Origin: Bacteriovoracaceae bacterium
Lineage (GTDB): Bacteria; Bdellovibrionota; Bacteriovoracia; Bacteriovoracales; Bacteriovoracaceae
Length of the DNA: 64,000 bases
Direction of reading: 5' to 3'
Assembly (NCBI GenBank): GCA_965217035.1
Contig: OZ244226.1
Location: forward strand, 2,958,146-3,022,145
Numbering within the stretch: position 1 is the stretch's first letter; every line of letters begins with the position of its first letter. Under the pieces are notes generated by a model. It worked only from the letters and a program-made list of their open reading frames with translations, was not told the origin of the DNA and did not search any database. Shown here piece by piece: positions 51,053 to 59,764 of this stretch. A program made the translations under genes and the position numbers.

Positions 51053-51855
51053 CTTTGGCAGCGAGGACAGTAGAAAGTCCCTCTTTGCTTTAGTATGATT
51101 TTTTTTATTTTTTCTTTTTTACAGAGTCCGCATTTTTCTTGGTGAAAAACCACCAGATGGTTGAGTCCTGAACCTGTCTCCCCATGAGCGTCACGGTAAC
51201 CACCTGAAAAAGCAACTCCGCCACTCTTAAGAGTTCCTTTTAAAACTTTTTGAAACCCTTTCTTGATTCCTTTTATTTCATCAGGTGAAAGTGTTTTGCA
51301 TTTTCTTTCAGGAAGGACTCCAGCATGAGCGCAAACTTCATTAGCTATATAGTTTCCCGAGCCTGCAAAGAACTTTTGATCTAAAAGAAAAGGTTTTAAT
51401 TCTCGTTCTCCATATTTTTGAAAGATATCAGATAAAAACTTTATAGATAATTTCTTTGTAGCAATATCTGGACCCAGTCTTTTGAAGTATTTTTCTTTTT
51501 GATTTTTATTATAGAAGTAGGCATGACCAAAACGACGAGGGTCTACATAAGTTAAACATTGCTTGTCAGTTTTAATTCTTATGTGTTGGTGTTTTTCAAT
51601 AAGTTGGTCTTCCGAAATAATCCAAGTTCCACTCATCCCTAAATGAGAGAGAAGCTGATACTCTCTATCAAAATTAAAGAGCATCATTTTTCCGTGGCGA
51701 TCAATTGATTTTAAAATAGCTCCCTTTAGATCATTAGGGATCGGGGTGTGAAGAATTGATTTGACCACTTTAGAAGTCCAAATTGATTGAACTTTTAAAG
51801 GGAGGTATTTGCTTAACTGGCCTCTAATTGTTTCGACTTCTGGTAGTTCGGGCAC
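51049..51855 (-). CDS. mutM: Formamidopyrimidine-DNA glycosylase Fpg
   Basis: PELPEVE, HLGMSG, DPRRFG, GSGNYIANE, C4 zinc finger. Confidence 0.95.
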   Translation of the reverse strand: MPELPEVETIRGQLSKYLPLKVQSIWTSKVVKSILHTPIPNDLKGAILKSIDRHGKMMLFNFDREYQLLSHLGMSGTWIISEDQLIEKHQHIRIKTDKQCLTYVDPRRFGHAYFYNKNQKEKYFKRLGPDIATKKLSIKFLSDIFQKYGERELKPFLLDQKFFAGSGNYIANEVCAHAGVLPERKCKTLSPDEIKGIKKGFQKVLKGTLKSGGVAFSGGYRDAHGETGSGLNHLVVFHQEKCGLCKKEKIKKIILKQRGTFYCPRCQS

Positions 51856-51873
51856 GGGTATTTATCCTATTGT
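51839..51873. repeat. att-like direct repeat, copy 1 (mutM start codons + RBS)
   Basis: tctggtagttcgggcacgggtatttatcctattgt. Confidence 0.9.
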
Positions 51874-52008
51874 AATTATTCAGTTTCTATTAGCCGTTGG
51901 GTCGAAACGAACCTAGAAACGACCCATAGTCGACCTTAGATCTCCTAATCTTTTCATCGGAAATAACGATAAGGTATATAATTTCCATTTATATATACTA
52001 GGTATTAT

Positions 52009-53031
52009 ATGATTTATAAACAGCAAAGAATTGTAAGAAAGCTGCCAACTTGTAGGTTCTCTCCAAGTGATTTGGAAAATTTAATTGAGCTTTGTATAAA
52101 TATTCATTCCGAGTGTATTCAAAAGTTTAAAATGGATATTGAGGCTAAAAAGTTCTTCGTCCAAAATTTACATAACGATAACAAATCCAAAGACGACATA
52201 CCTGATACTGACGAAGAGGAATCGAAGCAAGATATCATTAAAAAACAAGGCACTGAAGCGAAACAAGATACTCTTAAGGAGAAAAAAACTGATGACAAAG
52301 ATAATTCCGTAAAGAAAATGACTCCTATTGAAAAGCATGTCATATATAATTATCTTTGGGCACTCGAAGTTATTGGCAGTAATGGTGAGTATTTATACAT
52401 TCAAGATTTAACTAAACTTAAAACGACGGACTTACCTTTTAAAATCGATAAGATAAAATTTAATAATTATTTTTCTTATGAATATATCAATGCTAGAAAA
52501 CCTTCAGTTCATTTTGAAGTATCTGTAGATTTCCAAGAAGTTAAAATCTTTGATCTAATTTCGTCACCAACAGAATCAACTACTAATGATAGTTTTGTAG
52601 AGGTAACTGGATTGGATCAAACTATGGTTATAGGATTAACAGGAAGGTTTGAATCATTTTTCAAAAAATATGAAACCTATAATTCATTAGTAAATATTCA
52701 AAATATATACGACATTATTCTATGGTTTGTATTTGTGCCTATTCTCTCAATTTATTTAGTAAAGTATCAGGATCTAATTCCTGAAGTGTTAAGAAACTCC
52801 TCGACCTTTGTGCAAGTTGTTCTTGCTATTTCTTCACTATTTGTTGCACTGTTATTTTTTAGATTTCTATTTAATGTAGCCAGATGGTTTTTTCCGTGTC
52901 AGGAGCTCACAAGTCAAGTTAGTCGGGGGAGAAAACTATCAAAATATGTTTACTCATTAATAATTACCACTCTGATTGGGGGAGTTGGCGTAAACTTTAT
53001 ATATTGGTTATATATAAAACTCATAAGCTAA
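52009..53031 (+). CDS. Island cargo: hypothetical membrane protein with three C-terminal TM helices
   Basis: 340 aa ORF; hydrophobic segments at the C-terminus; acidic/lysine-rich linker. Confidence 0.75.
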   Translation: MIYKQQRIVRKLPTCRFSPSDLENLIELCINIHSECIQKFKMDIEAKKFFVQNLHNDNKSKDDIPDTDEEESKQDIIKKQGTEAKQDTLKEKKTDDKDNSVKKMTPIEKHVIYNYLWALEVIGSNGEYLYIQDLTKLKTTDLPFKIDKIKFNNYFSYEYINARKPSVHFEVSVDFQEVKIFDLISSPTESTTNDSFVEVTGLDQTMVIGLTGRFESFFKKYETYNSLVNIQNIYDIILWFVFVPILSIYLVKYQDLIPEVLRNSSTFVQVVLAISSLFVALLFFRFLFNVARWFFPCQELTSQVSRGRKLSKYVYSLIITTLIGGVGVNFIYWLYIKLIS

Positions 53032-53054
53032 TGCCTTTCTTTTAAAAATTTGGT

Positions 53055-53954
53055 TTATGGAATATCAAAAATGATTCTCCAATCAACGTCAGGGTTGAAT
53101 AATGTGTCATTTTCTTCAATACTTTCATCGTACCATGCGCCAAAGAAATCCTCAGAATGTCCTTCTGAGATTATATGATAAATATTTGTAGGGTAAGGGT
53201 GTTTTCTAATTAAATAATCAATACGGTATAAGTCCTCATTGTCTGGGAATACAAAACCATCAATTTTAGGATTGTAGAGAATACTAAAATCTTCAAGCTT
53301 TAGATTATATTTCTCGCCTTTTTTATAATTTTTTAGCAACGAATTTTCCAGTAACTCTGAATATGCTTGTGCAATTTCTGAGAAAAGTATGCAGATTTCA
53401 TTAATATCGAAGTTTTGAATAGTCCACTTATGACCTGAAGAAGGTGCACGATATGAAATTAACTCTCTATTTGCTTTTAACCTTAATATCGTTTCTCTTA
53501 TCTTTTCACCTTCCTCTCTGTTTAGTTCTATTAAAATAGAACATGCGGAGTTAATAATTGCCGTATGATTTTGATTTAAGAGTTCCTCGTTTTTCCAGTT
53601 TTGAGAGGGCATGCTGAGAACTAATGCACGCATTGTGTGTAAAACAGAATAATATTCAAGGTATGGTTCTACGACTCTAAGGTTTTTTTCTTGTGCATAA
53701 TCAAGACTGTTTAAATGTAGGGTTGCTCCCATAATCATTCTTGCAGACATAAAGTTTCTAATTAACCACTCTGTGTGTAGTGAGTCATTCCACTTCGCAG
53801 TTAATTTGGATATGTTTTGTGCCTTCTTTTGATACCACTGCTTAAATGTATTCTCTTCTGTATAGTTTTGAAGTTCCCGAAAATTATAATGCCATTTTTT
53901 ATTAGCAAATTCATTTGAAGGTGAAATCATCCCTTTTATGTAGATATGGCTCAT
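53055..53954 (-). CDS. Island cargo: HEPN-like protein (UPF0332-type motifs)
   Basis: YYSVLHTMRA and LKANRELISY; start probably ATG 53954 (track 54068). Confidence 0.55.
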   Translation of the reverse strand: MSHIYIKGMISPSNEFANKKWHYNFRELQNYTEENTFKQWYQKKAQNISKLTAKWNDSLHTEWLIRNFMSARMIMGATLHLNSLDYAQEKNLRVVEPYLEYYSVLHTMRALVLSMPSQNWKNEELLNQNHTAIINSACSILIELNREEGEKIRETILRLKANRELISYRAPSSGHKWTIQNFDINEICILFSEIAQAYSELLENSLLKNYKKGEKYNLKLEDFSILYNPKIDGFVFPDNEDLYRIDYLIRKHPYPTNIYHIISEGHSEDFFGAWYDESIEENDTLFNPDVDWRIIFDIP

Positions 53955-54271
53955 TATAAACCCCAGTTTTTTTAAACAATGATATAACATTATTAGGTAA
54001 AGTGTCCTTAGCTTTATGTATCTTAACAGTTTGTACGATTTTTTCAGAGACCTCTTTTTGAAAGACATGGTCCAGTTTCGAGTAATGATCTGCCAGTTTT
54101 AAATCTTTATGACCTGTCATCGCTATAACAGCATCAAGGCCTCCACCAACTCGACGTGCAAGTTTGGCCATACCATGTCTTAACACATGAGTGCCTGAGC
54201 ATTTAAGACCAGCACGACGTTGAGCTTTCTTGTAGTTTATTTGAATTGTACCGTAGTTTAAAGGATTCCCC
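53911..54271 (-). pseudogene. Tyrosine recombinase/integrase C-terminal remnant truncated by IS3
   Basis: THVLRH (HxxR), MTGH and HY catalytic motifs; frame runs into the IS end at 54272. Confidence 0.88.
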
Positions 54272-54314
54272 TGATCAGACCCCATACTTCGATCCAGGTT
54301 AATTAGAGATTTCT

Positions 54315-55133
54315 CTAGCACGCCAATCCCTCATTCGTAAACATGACCGTCTCCGGAGCAGGTGGTTTGTATTCCAAGCTGCTGTGAGGTCTTATCGTGT
54401 TGTAGTCTCTTCTCCACATTTCGACCAAAACCTGTGCTTCCTTTAGCGAATAAAAAACTTCACCATTTAAAAGTTCATCTCTGAGTCTACCATTAAAAGA
54501 TTCTATGTAACCATTCTCCCAAGGACTCCCTGGTGTGATGTACAAAGGCTTCACCTTGAGCGTTGCTAACCACTGTCTCAATCTCTTCGCTATGAACTCA
54601 GGTCCATTGTCTGATCGAATATAATCAGGAACTCCTTTAGTAAAAAAGAGCTCAGTGAGAACTTCAATAACGTCCTTTGAACTCAGTTTGTTTTTTACTT
54701 TGATCGCTAAAGATTCTCTTGAGAACTCATCAATCACTGTAAGCATTCTGATCTTTTTACCTCGATCTGTTTGATCATAAACAAAGTCATAACTCCAAAC
54801 ATGGTTTTTATATTCAGGTCTTTTTCGAATGCACGACCCATCGTTAAACCACAGTCTTCCTCGTTTAGCCTGTCTGTGAGGCACTTTTAAGCCCTCCTTC
54901 CTCCAGATTCGATAAACTCTTTTATGATTAATTTGCCAACCATCTTGCTTCAAAAGAGCGGTGATTCTTTTGTAACCATAGCGACCGTACTTCGCTGCCA
55001 AAGTGACAACGTCTTTGGTAAGTTTTTCTTCATCTGATCTTTCAGATGTTTTGTGCCTTTGCGTAGATCTTGGTTGCCCAACGAGCTTACAAGCACGACG
55101 CTCGGAGACGCCGAAGCGCTCTCCAAGCATCAC
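54315..55133 (-). CDS. IS3 transposase OrfB (DDE)
   Basis: [38 protein letters not shown]. Confidence 0.95.
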   Translation of the reverse strand: MMLGERFGVSERRACKLVGQPRSTQRHKTSERSDEEKLTKDVVTLAAKYGRYGYKRITALLKQDGWQINHKRVYRIWRKEGLKVPHRQAKRGRLWFNDGSCIRKRPEYKNHVWSYDFVYDQTDRGKKIRMLTVIDEFSRESLAIKVKNKLSSKDVIEVLTELFFTKGVPDYIRSDNGPEFIAKRLRQWLATLKVKPLYITPGSPWENGYIESFNGRLRDELLNGEVFYSLKEAQVLVEMWRRDYNTIRPHSSLEYKPPAPETVMFTNEGLAC

Positions 55134-55159
55134 GATAGCTTTTCGTTTTCTCGTTGGGC

Positions 55160-55438
55160 CTAGAAGTTTCCCTTGGAGATTTCTTTGAGCATGGGGATAT
55201 CCAAAGCTTGCTCGGCCACGATCTTTTTGAGTCGTGCATTCTCTTTTTGGATTTCTCTGAGTTCTTTAACTTGATTGACTTGCATCCCTCCGTACCTTTT
55301 TCTCCACTTCGTGAAAGTCATTGGAGCGACTTCGATGACCTTAGCAGCCTCTTTAAGAGTTTTGCCCTGAGAGATGAGAATCTCAGCTTGCCGAAGTTTT
55401 GTGATGATTTCTTCTTCTGAGTAGCGTTTTCTGGACAT
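55160..55438 (-). CDS. IS3 transposase OrfA (HTH)
   Basis: [34 protein letters not shown]; ends at slippery G GGA AAC (55166-55172). Confidence 0.92.
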   Translation of the reverse strand: MSRKRYSEEEIITKLRQAEILISQGKTLKEAAKVIEVAPMTFTKWRKRYGGMQVNQVKELREIQKENARLKKIVAEQALDIPMLKEISKGNF

Positions 55439-55547
55439 GATCCAACTCCTTTTTGAGCGCAACATAACACTCAAGATGTGGATCGAAAAATAGGGGGCGG
55501 GTCAAGTAGGTATTATATCATTAAGCTAATAGAAAAATAGTCGTTTT

Positions 55548-56609
55548 ATGAAGCCGTTGAATCATCAAGAAAAACTAAATACCTTCTACAGTAATTTCAA
55601 ACAGTACTCAACGTCTCGTATCCCTCGTAAATGTGAGAATAAATTTCTTCCAGCTCTTAAAAAATGCGTTCTTTCTTTGGAGGATAGGGACAAAGTAGAG
55701 ATGCTTGAAAGTAGAGTTTTAAATGGAAGTGATATTTTGAGTTTGCAGTTGTCATCAAAGAACTCTTTCCTCATAGCAAATCAAGTAGATGGTAATAATA
55801 ATTATTTGCTTGGAGTTATTGCTCCTAACTGGAAGAGAGGTTGGCGATCTCTGCTAAAAGATGAATCTCTATATGATATTATTTCTTGGTTTTTTCATTT
55901 TGCGAACCAATATGTAACTCGAGGACGAGCAAGTGAAATCTTAGGGGCATTGTTACTAAGCTATGGGAAGTCATATAATTATTTGGGTAGTTGTCATGTC
56001 AGTCAGTTGGTAGTTGAAAAGAATGACTTGTTTGCTATTGAAAAAGCCCGTAGTTTGGAATTAGGTACTGAAAAAATTGTAGAAACTGAATTAAATAGAT
56101 TTGATTCGAGTAGAGAAAAAGAATTTGAATATTGGTTTTCTAAGATAAATGGGCTTGATTCATTTATTCAAAGAGCTATTTATTTTTATTCTCGTTATAT
56201 TGACTTAATTGGTGATGGACATTTTGATGAGGCAATAACAGCTTTGGATAAAGTAGTAGATATATCTCATAAGATTTTATTAGATAGAGGTGTTCATTGT
56301 GAAAGGTCGAATTTTGCAAAAGAATATAAGTTAGATGAAAAGTTCCAAACGTGGATAAATCAATTATATGAAGTTCGTTCTATGTTTGGCGGCCATGCGA
56401 GTTCATCCAAGTGGTGGGACTCAGGTGATTTATATGGTGATTGGCTCGATGAGTCTCAATATATGATAAAGAGTCTTCTTATCTCAATGTTTGATTTTGA
56501 ATTTCAATACAGACTTACCGAACGAAATCCTGATAAGTGGTCAAAGTGGTTTAATGAAAATTGCCAAATTATTTTTGATTCTGTTTGGTTTCATAAATTG
56601 CCATTTTAA
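55548..56609 (+). CDS. Island cargo: ApeA-like HEPN domain protein
   Basis: C-terminal helical region RAIYFY..EAI..LYEVRSMFGGH (Rx5H). Confidence 0.55.
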   Translation: MKPLNHQEKLNTFYSNFKQYSTSRIPRKCENKFLPALKKCVLSLEDRDKVEMLESRVLNGSDILSLQLSSKNSFLIANQVDGNNNYLLGVIAPNWKRGWRSLLKDESLYDIISWFFHFANQYVTRGRASEILGALLLSYGKSYNYLGSCHVSQLVVEKNDLFAIEKARSLELGTEKIVETELNRFDSSREKEFEYWFSKINGLDSFIQRAIYFYSRYIDLIGDGHFDEAITALDKVVDISHKILLDRGVHCERSNFAKEYKLDEKFQTWINQLYEVRSMFGGHASSSKWWDSGDLYGDWLDESQYMIKSLLISMFDFEFQYRLTERNPDKWSKWFNENCQIIFDSVWFHKLPF

Positions 56610-56740
56610 TCTTTCCGAACTTTTAAAATTAAACTGAATGTACTCGAATGTAGTTTAATGAATTGTCTTAGATTTAGAGATTTTTGTTTTTGTAATTAAC
56701 TGTTCGATATTCTTAGATTTTCATTGGCGATCGGATCACA

Positions 56741-56775
56741 TCTGGTAGTTCGGGCACTGGTATTTATCCTATCGT
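56741..56775. repeat. att-like direct repeat, copy 2
   Basis: tctggtagttcgggcactggtatttatcctatcgt; reads VPELPD on the minus strand, then diverges. Confidence 0.9.
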
Positions 56776-56886
56776 TTTTATTATGTTTTTTAAGCATTAA
56801 AAAGTCGTACGAACTTTTATGCAACTTTTTACGACCTTACATTTTGTAACTCATGTAGTAAATATAATTAGTAGAAGGGAATACTT

Positions 56887-57261
56887 ATGAAAATTAATGA
56901 ATATCACAAACTAACATGCCACTGCGGTTCAGTTGAATTAGAACTGCATTTACCCAATGGACTAGAAAATCCTAGAAGATGCGATTGCTCAATGTGCCGA
57001 AGAAGAGGAGCCGTTGTTGCCTCAGTTTTACTTGAAAATTTGAAGATAGTGAAAGGTGAAGATAAATTATCTCTTTATCAGTTTAACACCAACACGGCTA
57101 AGCATTTCTTTTGTTCAAATTGTGGAATCTATACACATCACCAAAGACGATCTAATCCTACCCAATATGGCTTTAACGTAGCTTGTCTTGAGGGAGTAAA
57201 TCCTTTTGAAATTGAAGATGTACCTGTTATGGATGGGGTTAATCATCCAGCGGATAGGTAG
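56887..57261 (+). CDS. GFA/CENP-V family protein
   Basis: CHCG, CDCSMC, HFFCSNCGI, YGFNVACL. Confidence 0.92.
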   Translation: MKINEYHKLTCHCGSVELELHLPNGLENPRRCDCSMCRRRGAVVASVLLENLKIVKGEDKLSLYQFNTNTAKHFFCSNCGIYTHHQRRSNPTQYGFNVACLEGVNPFEIEDVPVMDGVNHPADR

Positions 57262-57780
57262 ATGGAATTTGTAAAAGTTCAGCCAAACATGTTTAGAGAA
57301 TTTTATGGTTGGAGGAGTGATCCATTTGCAATTAAGTATAATCCTTTTGCGGAATATGACTTTGATAAATTTTCCGAAATCATGAATGGATTTTCTACGG
57401 ATTTGAATGACCTGTACTCTGGAAAAGATTTCAAATGGGCCGTGGTAGAAGATGATCATATTTTTGCTTTAATTGGTTTAAGCCAGATTAATAAGATGAT
57501 GAAAACAGCAGAAATTGGTTATCAGGTTTCACCGAATCACAGAAAAAAAGGTATTGGAACAAAAGTTGTTAACGATTTTGTCAAAATGATCTTCTCTGAA
57601 ACGGATTTAAGAAAGATTATGGCTACTATAGCCGATGGAAATATTCCTTCATGCAAAGTTGTTGAAAAAATAGGTTTTAAGCAGGAAGGACTTCTTAGAA
57701 AGCATTTTCTAATCAATGGAGTTGAAACTGATGAAAGAGTTTATGGGATATTAAGAGAAGATCTCGCTGATGGAGCCTAA
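57262..57780 (+). CDS. GNAT N-acetyltransferase (RimJ/RimL-like)
   Basis: AEIGY..P.HRKKGIGT, NIPS..VVEKIGFKQEGLLR. Confidence 0.9.
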   Translation: MEFVKVQPNMFREFYGWRSDPFAIKYNPFAEYDFDKFSEIMNGFSTDLNDLYSGKDFKWAVVEDDHIFALIGLSQINKMMKTAEIGYQVSPNHRKKGIGTKVVNDFVKMIFSETDLRKIMATIADGNIPSCKVVEKIGFKQEGLLRKHFLINGVETDERVYGILREDLADGA

Positions 57781-57885
57781 CTAGGCATTGCAGTTACTAA
57801 GTGGAGGATATCCTCGGATTTTAGAGTTCATTAGAAAAGTCGAGAATTAGATCTACAAGGACTCTAAAAACAAATTAAAAGAAAT

Positions 57886-57913
57886 AAAAGCCGAGATTGT
57901 TCTCTCGGCTTTT
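57886..57913. terminator. Bidirectional intrinsic terminator
   Basis: AAAAGCCGAGA-ttgttc-TCTCGGCTTTT between convergent genes. Confidence 0.8.
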
Positions 57914-57947
57914 CTATCGATTATCTGTCTTTTTATTGAGTTTTTGA

Positions 57948-58448
57948 CTACTCTTTATTTTTATCATCACCATCTGAACAAAAATTTGGAGCTGGAAATA
58001 AACATGTTGTTAGAGCGACGGCAAGACAAATAAGCCCCATAAAGGCAATCACTGAATTGGCGAGACCTCTGCTATTTCTCTTTACAGAACTGGCAGTAAC
58101 GACTGAACATGCTCCTCTTTCATTGATTTCAGATAGTGATAAGTTTTGAAACTTTGCAAAATTCTCAGGATCAACCTTAGTCGTAATTTTTACAACCCCT
58201 CTTTTTCTATCTACATCTGCTCCCTGCTTTTTAAGTTTCTCTATATAACTCTCTGGTATTTTACTTTCTTCAATACTAACTTGAAGAACTTCTTCATCTT
58301 TATGATATTGGTGTTCTAGTAAAAGCCCTTTTTCTTGTAAAAGTTGGATAGTTTCAGAAAGACTTTGATTTAAATCTTGAACTTGAGCTTGAGCGATATT
58401 TGAAAATGACATCGTGAAAATAAAAATCAAATTTAATAAAAGTTTCAT
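57948..58448 (-). CDS. Hypothetical protein with signal peptide and C-terminal TM segment
   Basis: GGGAGA RBS before MKLLLNLIF (58448); AQA cleavage site. Confidence 0.65.
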   Translation of the reverse strand: MKLLLNLIFIFTMSFSNIAQAQVQDLNQSLSETIQLLQEKGLLLEHQYHKDEEVLQVSIEESKIPESYIEKLKKQGADVDRKRGVVKITTKVDPENFAKFQNLSLSEINERGACSVVTASSVKRNSRGLANSVIAFMGLICLAVALTTCLFPAPNFCSDGDDKNKE

Positions 58449-59130
58449 AAAAGAATCTCCCTTATAAATATTTTTAAATAAATACTGCATTTTTCATTCC
58501 AAAGAGGAGCTCACGTATTTCAAGAGACTTAGACAAATAAATTTGAAGAACAGGAGTTAATAATGACTAAACTTTGGTCACTTTACGCTCTATTAGACAT
58601 TTTTTACAGTTGTCGAAAGATCAGTCTTGCACCAGAGACTTTAATGTACCTGAATCAATTGTTTTTCGAATTTTTAAAGACGGCAGAAGAGAATTTTTAT
58701 AATTCAAATTTAATTTCATTAAGCTCAATGCCATTCATGATGAAGATTATGGTCCCGAAGTTCCTCCCCGAATCTTCGATAGCCTACCTGTAGCAAATAC
58801 TTCGAAAATTCGGAGATACTTTGCCCAAACGAGTTGTTCGATAATTGGAGAAAAAAGCTTATTTTATACAAAATTATAATAATTTTAGCTCCTGAATCGT
58901 TAAAAAAAGAATGAACTACAGTGAAAATGAAAATGCGATAAAAGGGGCTTTCTTAGTCGCTAGTTGCATGATTTTATTTGGCTTTGAAAAAATTAGTAGG
59001 AACGCTTCGGGGAGTTCTGGAATATAAGAAACATGTATGAGTAAGATTAAAGTGAAATTTATTTAGTCACTGTTTACTGATCCCATTAAATCACGTTTAA
59101 TAAGATAATAAACGTATCTTGTGAGGGATT

Positions 59131-59700
59131 ATGAGAATTCTTGTTTTATGTCTTGTTGTATTTACTTCTCAATCATTTGCTAAAAGGCATCTTCAAAATG
59201 ACGATATCATCAGATCTCGTTATCTTCGAATGAATATTGACGGCCTTGAGTCGTGGGACATTCATCCAGATGTTAGAGAAGAGAAAATCGAAGAATTCAA
59301 GATCAGATGTCTTAAAAATATTTTGGGGCGAGCACAAAAACATGAAAGAGACCTTGCGGCCCTTTATCGTTTTTTTAATCTAGAAGACTACCAGAGAGTT
59401 CACAAGGTTCATAAAATCAAAACACAATATGGTGATCAGTATCTTTGCCAAGCAGAAATAAAAGTCAAAAAGAATGCTTCTTTTGCTTTTAAAGCAAAGT
59501 ATTCCAAGATATTTAAAGATAGAGTCAATGGGACTATGGAGCTTTGTAGAAAGAAAATAGAAAGTATTGATGATATTGCACTCAAAAAGAAAATCTTTAC
59601 TCGTAGGGCCTATTTTTCATATAAAAGAAGAGCTTGTGATTCTTGTCCGACTTATCCTAAGTGTCAGACCTTGAAAGTCTTTTTAAAGAAGAAAAATTAA
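59131..59700 (+). CDS. Secreted basic Cys-containing hypothetical protein
   Basis: Signal peptide ending SFA; GAGGG RBS. Confidence 0.7.
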   Translation: MRILVLCLVVFTSQSFAKRHLQNDDIIRSRYLRMNIDGLESWDIHPDVREEKIEEFKIRCLKNILGRAQKHERDLAALYRFFNLEDYQRVHKVHKIKTQYGDQYLCQAEIKVKKNASFAFKAKYSKIFKDRVNGTMELCRKKIESIDDIALKKKIFTRRAYFSYKRRACDSCPTYPKCQTLKVFLKKKN

Positions 59701-59764
59701 CTGATCCCTTTCGTCGGGATGGTTAAGACAATCTAGTCTTTACATCGAAGTCCAAATTGCTAGC

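Larger units (their letters stand above)
54272..55504 (-). mobile_element. IS3-family insertion sequence (IS407-like), 1233 bp
   Basis: Imperfect TIRs TGACCCGCCCCCTATTTTTCGATCCA / TGATCAGACCCCATACTTCGATCCA; orfA + orfB. Confidence 0.93.
51839..56775. mobile_element. Degenerate integrative island inserted at the 5' end of mutM
   Basis: 35-bp direct repeats at 51839-51873 and 56741-56775 (2 mismatches), internal integrase remnant, IS3, AT-richer cargo. Confidence 0.85.

Noticed and set aside
54272..54321. N-terminus of track ORF 53911-54321
   Set aside because: Derived from the IS end, not from the integrase
55154..55420. Antisense ORF in the IS
   Set aside because: Shadow of IS3 orfA
58563..58793. 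76-aa track ORF as a real gene
   Set aside because: No recognisable motifs; an overlapping broken frame looks more protein-like
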